Assembly: GCA_034530875.2 (NCBI GenBank)
Contig: JAVRCJ020000030.1
Location: 24,939 to 88,938 of the forward strand
DNA length: 64,000 nt
From: Nostoc sp. DedSLP01
GTDB taxonomy: Bacteria; Cyanobacteriota; Cyanobacteriia; Cyanobacteriales; Nostocaceae
Direction: 5' to 3'
A program made the position numbers and the translations under genes. Under the pieces are notes generated by a model that was not told the origin of the DNA, ran no database searches, and saw only the letters and a program-made list of their open reading frames with translations. Positions 1 to 9,473 of the stretch are shown here, one piece after another; position 1 is the stretch's first letter; each line of letters starts with the position of its first letter.

Positions 1-58
1 TCCACAACTCCCCATCTCCCCATCTCCCCATCTCCCACACCTCCCCGCTTGCCCCAAC
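1..58. repeat. Short tandem repeat tract (CCCCATCT-like units)
   Basis: ccccatctccccatctccccatctcccacacctcccc: tandem 8-mer-like units typical of Nostocales intergenic DNA. Confidence 0.75.
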
Positions 59-156
59 TCGGATAAAAAGTAACAAACACCAGTTAACATTTAGGCGGCT
101 TGAAGGTATCGTAATATGCATGACTTCAAAAGCACGTTCAGGCTGAAACTTGCAAT

Positions 157-1308
157 ATGAGGCTATGTCATTCCTCAATCCTGGTATTTACCTGTTTTTC
201 TTGCCTGGGTTTTTCTACAAATACCCCAAGCACAGCTACATCTATTCCAGTAGCTGAAGTTTTAGAGTTTGCACAAGCTAATTCAACGGTTTCTCCTATT
301 CCACCTACTTTAGGACTTGATAGCGAAGGGTCAGATGTCAAGAGGCTACAAGTCCAATTAAAGAAATTAGGATATTACAATGGCGTAGTAGATGGGAAAT
401 ATGGCGTTACTACTGAAATCGCTGTGGCTAAATTCCAAAAAGTCAAAGGCTTAAAAGTAGATGGCATTTTTGGTTTGGAAACGAGGAGAAAACTGCAAAC
501 AGCCGTAGCAGCCAAAACTCAGTTAATTACTTCTCCAATTGTTACCCCTCCAATTGTTACCTCTGACGTTGAGACTCCCGAACCAACTGCACAACCTAAA
601 TCCACCGAGAGAGGTTTTCTTTGGTGGTTAATATTTGCCCTTGGCGTTTTAGGAACTATTGGAGCATTTCTTTATTTAGTAAGGTGGTTTCTTCAAGTCA
701 AGCAAGTGCAAAAGCTGCAAATATCAAATACTAAAAGTTTGACTGAAGTTAAAAAAGACTCAATAGCAGTTCCTTCATCAGAGAATTTAACTAATCTGCA
801 AATAGATAATGTACCGCCTACTACAAAATTACTGCTACCAGAAAAAACTTCCCGCCTTGCAAAACTCAATATCGTTGACGAATTAATTCAAGACTTACGC
901 AGCCCTGACCCGACAAAGCGGCGTAAGGCGATTTGGGATTTGGGGCAGCAGGGAGATTCGCGGGCAATTCAGCCAATGGTTGACCTGATGATTGATGCTG
1001 ATTCTCAAGAAAGCAGTTTAATTTTGGCAGCTTTAGCAGAAATTAGTTCCCGGACACTCAAACCGATGAATCGCGCTTTGGCAATATCCATGCAAGATGA
1101 AAGTCCACAAGTGCGGCAAAATGCAATCCGGGACTTGACGCGTGTTTATGACATGATGAGTCAAATGAGTCAGATACTATGTCATGCCTTAGATGACCCA
1201 GATGCCGAAGTCCAAGCAACAGCACGATATGCTTTGAATCAGATGAATAAAATACGCGCCTTGCCCGAACAACAGAATATACCAAAAGATTCGCAAACTG
1301 ATTCGTAA
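157..1308 (+). CDS. Peptidoglycan-binding domain + TM helix + HEAT (PBS-lyase-like) repeat protein
   Basis: PG_binding_1 pattern (L..G.EGSDVKRLQ.QLKKLGYY.G.VDG.YG..TE.AV.KFQ...GL.VDGI.G.ET), then a Pro/Thr linker, a TM segment (FLWWLIFALGVLGTIGAFLYLV) and HEAT repeats (L..PDP..RRKAIWDLGQ.GD; L.DPD.EVQ.TA.YAL). Confidence 0.85.
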   Translation: MRLCHSSILVFTCFSCLGFSTNTPSTATSIPVAEVLEFAQANSTVSPIPPTLGLDSEGSDVKRLQVQLKKLGYYNGVVDGKYGVTTEIAVAKFQKVKGLKVDGIFGLETRRKLQTAVAAKTQLITSPIVTPPIVTSDVETPEPTAQPKSTERGFLWWLIFALGVLGTIGAFLYLVRWFLQVKQVQKLQISNTKSLTEVKKDSIAVPSSENLTNLQIDNVPPTTKLLLPEKTSRLAKLNIVDELIQDLRSPDPTKRRKAIWDLGQQGDSRAIQPMVDLMIDADSQESSLILAALAEISSRTLKPMNRALAISMQDESPQVRQNAIRDLTRVYDMMSQMSQILCHALDDPDAEVQATARYALNQMNKIRALPEQQNIPKDSQTDS

Positions 1309-1330
1309 GCTTCCCTAGATTGGGATAATT

Positions 1331-1783
1331 CTAAAAATATTTCAGTTGGACTTGGATATTAGTGTTCGGGCCTGCTAAAAAAAATGCTGCTTCGCTAAAT
1401 TTGGGAGCACCTGTTTTGATTTCTGGATTGCTGGAAAATCCAAAGCCTTCGACAGGTATACCAAGAAGATTACGATTGAGTGTCGAATCGCTGTTGCGAT
1501 CGTGGATGACAGCAACGGCATAATTACCTGCTTTTAAGTTCTCAAAGGTCATTAACAAGGGAGTTTCAGTAATCTTGATACACTGCTTTTGTAAAACGCG
1601 ATCGCCTTCGTTAGGAAATCCTTTACTGCTAGCAAAGATACCCGCACAAACTTGCCCTTCTTTATTCTTTAATCCATCAATTTCCACAGTCAGTTTGCCA
1701 TTATAATTAGCCTTGGCACTCAATGACCATGCTAAACTTCCCAAAACTGCCAATAGCAGTACGCTAATCAATCCTCTCGCCAT
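1331..1783 (-). CDS. DUF2141-like secreted protein
   Basis: Signal peptide; G.YAVAVIHD.N....L.RN.LGIP.EGFGFS.NP motif. Confidence 0.85.
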   Translation of the reverse strand: MARGLISVLLLAVLGSLAWSLSAKANYNGKLTVEIDGLKNKEGQVCAGIFASSKGFPNEGDRVLQKQCIKITETPLLMTFENLKAGNYAVAVIHDRNSDSTLNRNLLGIPVEGFGFSSNPEIKTGAPKFSEAAFFLAGPNTNIQVQLKYF

Positions 1784-1804
1784 AAAATTTTTCCTTTCTT
1801 ATTA

Positions 1805-2068
1805 ATTATTAGTCATTAGTGATTAGTCATTAGTTATATCAAGTTTGGCCGATCGCTTAGCATAAAATATATTTGCATTTCTTTGAATCGCAGCGCCTTT
1901 GCATCTCCCTTAAGAGAATTTCAGATTACTGTAATTTACTGCTTTGACTTTTGTTTGAGCTAGCCTAAATTATCAGTCTTTAAGGGGACATCATATCATC
2001 ATTCTTTGCGATTTACTATTTATCTAAAACAAATGACCAATGACTAATGACCAATGACTAATGACTAA
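1805..2068. repeat. STRR-type heptamer tracts (ATTAGTC at ~1805-1835; ATGAC[C/T]A at ~2033-2068) in inverted orientation
   Basis: attagtcattagtgattagtcattagt ... atgaccaatgactaatgaccaatgactaatgactaa. Confidence 0.75.
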
Positions 2069-3882
2069 TCACTATTAATAGGTAATGTAAACCAGAATGT
2101 TGCTCCTGCTTGAGGGCTGGTATTAATACCAATTTCCCCGCTATGAGCGTTAATGATTTGCTTGCATATATACAAACCCAATCCCAAACCTACAGAATTG
2201 CGGATATTAGTACCTCGAAAGTAAAGTTCAAAAAGGCGATCGCTTTGTTTTTGGCTAATGCCCACGCCGTTATCGCTAACAGTACAATAAATTTTGTCGT
2301 CCTCAACACTAGCATTAATTGTCAAAAGCAATCCAGGAGGATTGTGTTTGAGAGCATTGACAATTAAGTTAGAAAAAACTCGCCATAATTGTGTGGGATC
2401 TACATTTACTAATGGTAAATCTGGCGATACTGAATTTGTGAGAGTTGCTTGATTTTGTACTAAAAACGGCTCTAAATCTGCGATCGCTGCTTCGACAATT
2501 GATAATAATTGTACGGGTTGACGTTGTAAAACAATACCTTGCACTTCGCTGATATGAGCTTCCATCAAGGAATTAATTAAGCTCAGCTGGCGATCGCTAC
2601 TTTGAACCATTCGCTCTAAAATTGAGCGCGGCACAGGGATTGTCGAATCTGAAGAGGCAGAGGGGCGGGGTGCAGGGGAAAACTCTTGTTTGCTGCTCCC
2701 TGCTCCCCTGCTTTCCCCTCCCTGATTTAACAAATTATTTAGCACCATCAAAGTACCCAACACCGGGTTGCGTAAGTCGTGGGAAACTGCATGAAAAAAT
2801 ACTCGCAGTTCTTCTTGGGCTTGTTTGCGCTGTGTGATGTCTTCAGTCAAACCTTCGTAGTACAAAAGGTTTCCTCCTTCGTCACGGACTGCATAACCTT
2901 TTTCAGAAATCCAAACAATACTCCCATCTCGGCGATAAATTTGAGACTCGAACTCGGAAACTCTGCCATATTTTTCCATCAGGCGGACAAATTCTGCTCG
3001 GCGGTTGGGATCGACATACAATTGATGTTCGATATCAGTGAAATTTGCTGTCACTTCCTCTGCTGAAGAGTAGCCATAAATACTTGCTAAAGCCGGGTTT
3101 GCCGTAATATAACGTCCATCGGGACTGCTTTGAAAGATACCTTCAACGGCGTTTTCAAAAATGCTGCGATATTTCGCTTCTGCAACTTTGAGTTTTTGAT
3201 AGGCAGATTCAAGTTCTTGACGGGCGAAAAACTCAGAACCTTGCAGGCGATCGTAGAGATAAACGCCAATATCACATATCGTACAAAACCAAAAAATGTA
3301 TAAAACAAACGTTACATTATATATTTGTGGGTGTTCTGGAATTGGGGTTTTTAGTCCAAGTATTGTATTTACACCAAAATAGTAAATCAGCACTGCTGCT
3401 TGAGACAACAAGTGAAGCACCCAGCAGACTGGCATTAATATAGCTTGACTCAAGAACAACAGCGACCACCCGATGCTATCGGGTAGTGCAAAACCTTTGA
3501 AAGTTGCAAATAACTGCGATCCTAAACTAATAGACCAAGAAGAACCCAAAAATAATAAATCTGGACGATTGCGGCCGAATTGAGTTTTATGTAAGGCAAA
3601 GCAGATAAGTAGATTTAGAAGCATTGCAACATTAATTACAAGGCTTCTAGGTTGAGCTAATCCTGACAGCTTCTTCAACTCTTGAAACGGAAAAAAGAAG
3701 CCATAAATATCTCGCAAAATAAAAGACAACAAACAAATCAGCGCCAGCCACAACCATAAACGCAATCTCTGCCACAAAAATCGGTTGCGCCAACTTTGGT
3801 AAAGAAGAGTGATTTCATCTGTTTTTGGTGCAGAAAAGGTTTCTCTCCACCAGCTTTGCACTGTTGTAAATGGGGTAGCCAT
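2065..3882 (-). CDS. Membrane-bound PAS sensor histidine kinase (intact)
   Basis: Several N-terminal TM helices; PAS/PAC (YRSIFENAVEGIFQ...); H-box SHDLRNP; N-box NLIVNALKH; G1 DNGVGI; G2 GLGLGLYIC. Confidence 0.92.
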   Translation of the reverse strand: MATPFTTVQSWWRETFSAPKTDEITLLYQSWRNRFLWQRLRLWLWLALICLLSFILRDIYGFFFPFQELKKLSGLAQPRSLVINVAMLLNLLICFALHKTQFGRNRPDLLFLGSSWSISLGSQLFATFKGFALPDSIGWSLLFLSQAILMPVCWVLHLLSQAAVLIYYFGVNTILGLKTPIPEHPQIYNVTFVLYIFWFCTICDIGVYLYDRLQGSEFFARQELESAYQKLKVAEAKYRSIFENAVEGIFQSSPDGRYITANPALASIYGYSSAEEVTANFTDIEHQLYVDPNRRAEFVRLMEKYGRVSEFESQIYRRDGSIVWISEKGYAVRDEGGNLLYYEGLTEDITQRKQAQEELRVFFHAVSHDLRNPVLGTLMVLNNLLNQGGESRGAGSSKQEFSPAPRPSASSDSTIPVPRSILERMVQSSDRQLSLINSLMEAHISEVQGIVLQRQPVQLLSIVEAAIADLEPFLVQNQATLTNSVSPDLPLVNVDPTQLWRVFSNLIVNALKHNPPGLLLTINASVEDDKIYCTVSDNGVGISQKQSDRLFELYFRGTNIRNSVGLGLGLYICKQIINAHSGEIGINTSPQAGATFWFTLPINSD

Positions 3883-4250
3883 CTGGCATTGCTTAGCAGT
3901 CTTTAGTAATACTTAGCATATATAGCAGGGAACAGGGAAAAGGGAAAAGGTAACAGGGGGATAAGTTTGAAAGCCGCTTAGTATCTATGTTTGATAATTA
4001 GTCCTTGCCCTAATCTATCTGGCAACTGCTATAGATCGCTAGTATTTACTTTCCCATTTTTTGGTAATTTATGGGTCAATACAGTCAGTTGAGATAAAAC
4101 TTTTTTTCTTTCTCTGCCTCCTGTGCTTCCCCTGCCTGCCTCAAAAGCCAAGCTTATTGATTTATCGTAAATAAAAAGGTTTAAGACCCCTACCTCTACA
4201 GGTAGCCCCAGTTTCACTCGGGGTAACAGTCCCCTTGAAGAAATTGTCTT

Positions 4251-4276
4251 TAATTTTGAATTTTGAATTTTGAATT
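4251..4276. repeat. AATTTTG heptamer tandem repeat
   Basis: taattttgaattttgaattttgaattg directly after the stop codon of the 4279-6894 kinase. Confidence 0.7.
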
Positions 4277-4278
4277 GT

Positions 4279-6894
4279 TTATGGGTGATTTGTGGTGGAT
4301 GGAGTTGCCAGAGGTAATGTGAACCAGAAAATTAACCCACGTTTGCGGTTATTCATGACACCAATTTCGCCGCCATGTGCCTTAATAACTTGGCGACAAA
4401 GATACATTTTTAAACCAATGCTTGTGGAACAACAATCTTGGGGATCGCGGACGTGTAGATCGAAAAGGCGATCGCACTCTAGTTTAGTCATGGCTACACC
4501 GTCATCTTGAATCTGAGTGCGAATCATTCCCGCTTCAACGGTGGCGCTGAGGGTAAAGTTTAACCCTGGCGGATTATTTTGCAAGCTATGGGTAACTAAG
4601 TGCGCCACAACTTTTTGTAAGCGAGTTGCATCAGCCATGACTAAGGGTAAATCTGCGGTAACCAAGTTTTTGAGAGTCGCTTGGTTTTGTGTCAGCGTGG
4701 GTTCCAACTGAGCGAAGATTCCTGTTAGTAAGGTGCTAAACTGCACGAGTTCGAGTTGAATTTCCAGACCTTGTTTTTCACAAGAATTAATTTCTAACAA
4801 TGAGTTAATCATCGTCAGTTGGCGATCGTTTCCTTGAATCATGCGCTCGATGATTGAGCGAGATACGGGAATTGGGGATTGGGGACTGGGGACTGGGGAT
4901 TGGGGATTGGGGATTGGGAATTGCAGACTGGTTATTCCTCTTGTCCCCTTGTCCCTTTGTCTCCTTGTCCCCTTGTCCTCTTGTTCCCAGTCCCCGGTTC
5001 CTAGTCCCCAGTCCCCAGTCCCCAGCCCCTGATTTAACAAATTCTGCAACACCATCAAATTACCCATGACGGAAGTTCGTAAATCGTGGGCGACTGTGTG
5101 TAAAACTACATCTTTAACACGATGTAATTCTTCAACTTCTTGGATTTTCTGTTGTAATTGTGCTGTACGTTCTCGTACTTGGTGTTCTAAATTAGTGTTG
5201 AGTTGTGCTAGTTCTCGGTAAATTCGGCTTTGGTGAATGGCGATCGCTACTTGTTCTGACATTTGTTGTAGCAAATCAATTTCTATTGGCTGCCAATGAC
5301 GCGGTGCCGAACATTGATTGGCAATTAACGCACCAAATAGTTCTTCATCTAACATTATTGGTACTGCCAAAGCAGCCCTTGTTTGAAATTTTTCACAGTG
5401 TGTTGTCACTTTAGAAGATGCTGGCATTTGCGTTATATCTTCAACAACACGCACGACATTATCTTGAAGAAAGTTTTTTAATTCTTGGAGATAAGCTTCA
5501 TCATTTGTAGACCAACCAGAAACTGATGGATATTTGGGATCTACCGATTCGGCAAGAGTTCTAACCCCGGAAGTAGCATTATACAAACCAATAAAAACTC
5601 GGTCGGCTTGCAAAAACTGCCTGACTTCCGTTACCGTAGTTTGGAGAATTTCTTCTAAATTTAGCGAAGATCGAATTCGCACTAGAGTCTCTGCTAACAA
5701 GCGATCGCGTTGTGCCGCTATAAGTAATTGGGCTTCTACTTGCTTGCGTTCTGTAATATCATGATGAACTGCTAGTAGGCAAGGATTACCATCTAAATCA
5801 ATGATTTCCGCTGAAAGCAAAATTGTAATTATCTTTCCAGATTTTTGTCGAAAATCTAATTCTAAATTTCGGATTACTCCTGTAGTTTGTAATTCTTGTA
5901 TTATCTTCAAGCGATCGCTTGCATTTATCCACAGATTTAAATCAAAAGAAGTCTTCCCAATTGCTTCATCTCGCTCGTAACCTGAAAGCCTTACAAAACT
6001 GTCGTTAACTTCTATGAAGCGTCCTTCTATGAGCGTACTAATGGTAATTGAATCGGGGCTGCAACTAAAAGCTTTTGCAAATTTTTGGGCGAGATTTTGG
6101 AGAGTAATTTCTGCTTGTTTGCGTTCTGTAATATCTCGAACAATTGCTACTACCTCATCTATACCACTAACTACCAACCGCGCTTCATAATCTCTGATTC
6201 CCAAAGGCGTTGCTAGCTGATATTCGTAAGTTTGTAAACTTCCAGTGTCTAAAGTTTTAGCGATCGCTTCTTGGCTAATGGCTGCAACATCACTCGGCAA
6301 TAATTCTTGCAAATTTCTTCCTACTATTTCTTCTCGATTCAGGGTGACATTTGCTCCCTCACTTTTCAAATCGAGATATTCGCCATCACGGCTAATGCGA
6401 AACATCAAATCGGGAATCGCAGACAAAATTGCTTTATACTGCGCCTCACTTGCTTGCAATTTTGCTTGTGCTTGTTTTTGCTCTGTAATATCTATAACTA
6501 AGCCATTCCAAAGCACATCCCCCTCTTGTTGGGTTTCTGGGGCAAAATTAGCTTGAACCCACTTTAATTTGCCACTAGGCGTAAAGATCCGACCTTCCCA
6601 TTGCCAAGGTGTTAAAGTTTCCTTACAAACAGTTATAGATTTTGTAAAAGCTTTTATATCCTGTGGATGAATCAGTTCATATAACACGCGAAAGTTTGCT
6701 TCTATAACTTCTGGTTCTATTTCATACAAATTTTTACAACCAGAACTTACATAAACCACGGACACAGAAGCATCCTGTTGTTGCAGAACTTGGAAAATAA
6801 CTCCTGGTAAATTGACAGCAATTTTTGATAGCAGGTTAGTAACATGTTGCTGGCAACTTGCTGTATGCACTGATTTTGTAACGATTTCACCCAC
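4279..6894 (-). CDS. Cytoplasmic PAS-PAS-PAS-GAF histidine kinase-like protein with degenerate HATPase domain
   Basis: Three PAS/PAC domains (ending DITE), a GAF domain (IRSSLNLEEILQTTVTEVRQFLQADRV...), H-box AHDLRTS; N-box HLVTHSLQN, G1 DDGVAM and G2 SIGLKMY are all degenerate. Confidence 0.88.
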   Translation of the reverse strand: MGEIVTKSVHTASCQQHVTNLLSKIAVNLPGVIFQVLQQQDASVSVVYVSSGCKNLYEIEPEVIEANFRVLYELIHPQDIKAFTKSITVCKETLTPWQWEGRIFTPSGKLKWVQANFAPETQQEGDVLWNGLVIDITEQKQAQAKLQASEAQYKAILSAIPDLMFRISRDGEYLDLKSEGANVTLNREEIVGRNLQELLPSDVAAISQEAIAKTLDTGSLQTYEYQLATPLGIRDYEARLVVSGIDEVVAIVRDITERKQAEITLQNLAQKFAKAFSCSPDSITISTLIEGRFIEVNDSFVRLSGYERDEAIGKTSFDLNLWINASDRLKIIQELQTTGVIRNLELDFRQKSGKIITILLSAEIIDLDGNPCLLAVHHDITERKQVEAQLLIAAQRDRLLAETLVRIRSSLNLEEILQTTVTEVRQFLQADRVFIGLYNATSGVRTLAESVDPKYPSVSGWSTNDEAYLQELKNFLQDNVVRVVEDITQMPASSKVTTHCEKFQTRAALAVPIMLDEELFGALIANQCSAPRHWQPIEIDLLQQMSEQVAIAIHQSRIYRELAQLNTNLEHQVRERTAQLQQKIQEVEELHRVKDVVLHTVAHDLRTSVMGNLMVLQNLLNQGLGTGDWGLGTGDWEQEDKGTRRQRDKGTRGITSLQFPIPNPQSPVPSPQSPIPVSRSIIERMIQGNDRQLTMINSLLEINSCEKQGLEIQLELVQFSTLLTGIFAQLEPTLTQNQATLKNLVTADLPLVMADATRLQKVVAHLVTHSLQNNPPGLNFTLSATVEAGMIRTQIQDDGVAMTKLECDRLFDLHVRDPQDCCSTSIGLKMYLCRQVIKAHGGEIGVMNNRKRGLIFWFTLPLATPSTTNHP
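4870..5030. repeat. In-frame STRR1 (CCCCA[A/G]T) inverted arrays flanking TTGTCCCC octamers inside the kinase CDS
   Basis: (attgggg/actgggg)n at ~4871-4918, (ttgtcccc)n at ~4941-4985, (ccccagt)n at ~4986-5029. Confidence 0.9.
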
Positions 6895-7271
6895 TCTTCG
6901 ACCCTTTATAAAGAACTTATTAATGTATAATTAAAATCTAGAATAGCCAATTAAGCAGTTTTGATTCTGTGAGCGATGATGCTTATAGAATTAAAACTGC
7001 ATCTTCTTTTAGAGTAGTTCGTGAGTGGGCGATCGCATTCACCCGATTGGGTGAACCATTTATCGTGGGTCGAATCAGTTCCTTAGTATATTAAGTTTTA
7101 AGCCCGGGATTACCGAGATATTGTTTGGTAGAAGTTAACACTCCAAGTTTATCGAGTTGACGAGCCTTAATTTTGTTTAACGAGAAATAGCGCGATCGCT
7201 AACAACCAAAGCAACTACATTAAAAAATATTAAAAAATTGATTAAATTAGGGTTTTTAAATACATATAAAA

Positions 7272-7527
7272 CAATACGGTTGGTGTTAACGTTTTAATCT
7301 TCTTAAGATCCCCCCAACCCCCCTTAAAAAGGGGGGCAAAAAAGTCTCAAAGTCCCCCTTTTTAAGGGGGATTTAGGGAGATATAAGACGATTTTGGCTT
7401 TGTTCCAGAGATGTGTGTACACCGTAGGGCTTATAAAGGGGGGAACCAGAAAAACGATCGAAGTCCCCCTTTTTAAGGGGGATTTAGGGGGATCTAGATA
7501 TGTGCAACTTCACATTAAATTGGTATA
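7272..7527. mobile_element. Composite MITE/REP-like element with CCCCCTTTTTAAGGGGG palindromic units
   Basis: gatccccccaaccccccttaaaaaggggggc (7307-7337), plus two near-identical gtccccctttttaagggggatttaggg[a/g]gat copies (7352-7382, 7463-7496) in the opposite orientation; no transposase; boundaries approximate. Confidence 0.7.
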
Positions 7528-7535
7528 ACCCTGTT

Positions 7536-7565
7536 TGTAGAGACAATTTATCTATTGTCTCTACA
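7536..7565. terminator. GTAG-type REP hairpin / putative terminator at the 3' end of the glycan locus
   Basis: TGTAGAGACAAT-6nt-ATTGTCTCTACA perfect 12-bp stem, ~30 nt past the stop of the last cluster gene. Confidence 0.6.
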
Positions 7566-7592
7566 CAAATCACACTTATTTGTCTTAACTGC

Positions 7593-9365
7593 TCATAAAT
7601 GCGCCATCGCCTCACCTGATACCCTAGATTCCGATTTAATATCTTTGCGTTCTACATAATAGGAACCCAAAACCAATGCATCCATGTGAGTTCTCAAAAA
7701 GCACCCAATTGCTTCTGTAGGCGTCCTTACAATCGGTTCGTTTTCATTGAGTGATGTGTTTAAAACGATGGGAACGCCAGTACGTTGAGCAAAAATATTA
7801 ATCAAATCCCAATAAAGGGGATTAGTTTGGCGGCTGACACTTTGTAAGCGACCGGTACCATCAACATGAGTAACAGCTGGAATTTGCTCTCTTTTTTCAG
7901 GGCGAATTTTAAAGACTTTTTCCATGAATGGTGCTGGTTCATCAATCTCAAAAAATTCGCTTACCCGTTCTTCGAGAATGCTAGGAGCAAAAGGACGGAA
8001 CTTTTCTCGGAATTTAATTTTGAGGTTGATAATATCCCGCATATCGCCACGACGGGGATCGGCGAGGAGGGTTCTGTTGCCCAAAGCTCTAGCAGCAAAC
8101 TCCATTCTCCCTTGAAACCAACCGACTACTTTTCCTTCACAAAGGGCGTCAACAACATGATGTAACAGTGCTTCTTTTTCTAGTTTTTGAGGTTGTAAAT
8201 CGTGAGATTGCAATGCTAGCAAGCATTCTTCATCAGTAAACTCAGAACCCCAATCAGCACGATCTAAAACAAACTGACGTGGTTGCTTGAGCAGATGATT
8301 CCAGATAAAAAAGGCCGCCCCAATTGATGTACCATTGTCAGCAGCACCAACTGGAATATAGACATTTTTAAAGGGTGTATTTTGAGTAATCTTGCCATTA
8401 GCAACAGAATTCATCGCTACACCACCTGCTAAGCAGAGATTTTCACTCTCGTAGCGATCGCTCAATCGATTAATTAAATGAAAAATGATTTCTTCGGTCA
8501 CCGCCTGCACAGAAGCAGCAATATTTTGATGCTTTTGGGTAACTTCTGACTTCGGATGTCGCGCCGGCCCGAATAATTTTTCTAGTTCTGGACTGTGGAA
8601 AGGTTCAACAATTGGCGCTCCATTATCCCACTTCATGGCAATACCTTGTTCGTGGTGAGTGAAGTAATCTAAATTCAACTCAAAACTATCACCTTGAGGA
8701 TAAATAATTCGTCGAAACGCTTCCAAATATTCTGGTTCTCCATAAGGTGCTAATCCCATCACCTTATATTCATCTCCATAAGCAGGAAACCCTAAATAAA
8801 GGGTGATGGCATTGTAAAGATAACCGATGGAATGAGGGTAATAAGTACGAGAAAAGTACTCTAAATGGTTACCTTCACCCGCAGCAGCCAGCGTACTTAC
8901 AAAGTCTCCCATACCATCAATAGATAAGATGGCTGCTTTTTCAAAAGGAGAAACAAAAAAAGCACTTGCTAGGTGAGTTGTATGGTGTTCCAGGTTATGG
9001 ATTGTCGCCCTAATCTCTTCAGGTTGAGAATAACAAGCTTCTGCTAACTGTTGCTTCAGACTCGTAGATTTACTTTGTTTGTTAAACCGATCTAAAAGCG
9101 ATGATAGGGAAGGACGTTGTTGGAGAGTAAACAGAAGTTTGCGATTGAGGTTGGCTTTGGGGTTAAAAGATACCGCCACATGGTCTAAATCTGCGGCACT
9201 AATACCACCAACTTTCAAGCAATAGCGAATAGATTCTGCGGGAAATCCAGCCCAATGTTTAACTCTATTAAACCTTTCTTCTTCAACTGCGGCAATCAAT
9301 TGACCATCTTGAACTAGACAAGCTGAAGCATCACCGTGGTAAGCGTTAATTCCAAGAATATTCAT
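7593..9365 (-). CDS. Carbamoyltransferase (NodU/CmcH family)
   Basis: ILGINAYHGDASACL..DG..IAAVEEERFNRVKH; EHH..HLASAF; DGMGD; GEYK-like DEYKVMGLAPYG; KFRE.FRPFAPS; HVDGT.RLQ; LNTS.N. Confidence 0.95.
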   Translation of the reverse strand: MNILGINAYHGDASACLVQDGQLIAAVEEERFNRVKHWAGFPAESIRYCLKVGGISAADLDHVAVSFNPKANLNRKLLFTLQQRPSLSSLLDRFNKQSKSTSLKQQLAEACYSQPEEIRATIHNLEHHTTHLASAFFVSPFEKAAILSIDGMGDFVSTLAAAGEGNHLEYFSRTYYPHSIGYLYNAITLYLGFPAYGDEYKVMGLAPYGEPEYLEAFRRIIYPQGDSFELNLDYFTHHEQGIAMKWDNGAPIVEPFHSPELEKLFGPARHPKSEVTQKHQNIAASVQAVTEEIIFHLINRLSDRYESENLCLAGGVAMNSVANGKITQNTPFKNVYIPVGAADNGTSIGAAFFIWNHLLKQPRQFVLDRADWGSEFTDEECLLALQSHDLQPQKLEKEALLHHVVDALCEGKVVGWFQGRMEFAARALGNRTLLADPRRGDMRDIINLKIKFREKFRPFAPSILEERVSEFFEIDEPAPFMEKVFKIRPEKREQIPAVTHVDGTGRLQSVSRQTNPLYWDLINIFAQRTGVPIVLNTSLNENEPIVRTPTEAIGCFLRTHMDALVLGSYYVERKDIKSESRVSGEAMAHL

Positions 9366-9473
9366 AGTTTAAGTTTGATTATTTGAAATATTGAAATTGC
9401 TTAAATATCAGCAATCCAGAATATTGGTATGAATAAGCAACGCCTAAAACTTCTTGTTGCTCGTAATCTTCTT

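Noticed and set aside
4841..5069. Plus-strand ORFs rich in GDWGLG
   Set aside because: These are translations of STRR1 repeats antisense to the kinase.
5230..5700. Kinase GAF as a cyanobacteriochrome photoreceptor
   Set aside because: The canonical chromophore Cys-His position reads KV (the Cys in THCEKF is about 5 residues off), and DxCF reads DEAY. Bilin binding is unsupported.
7307..7496. CRISPR array
   Set aside because: There are only 2-3 units, in mixed orientation with irregular spacing and no cas genes. They are palindromic REP/MITE-type repeats.
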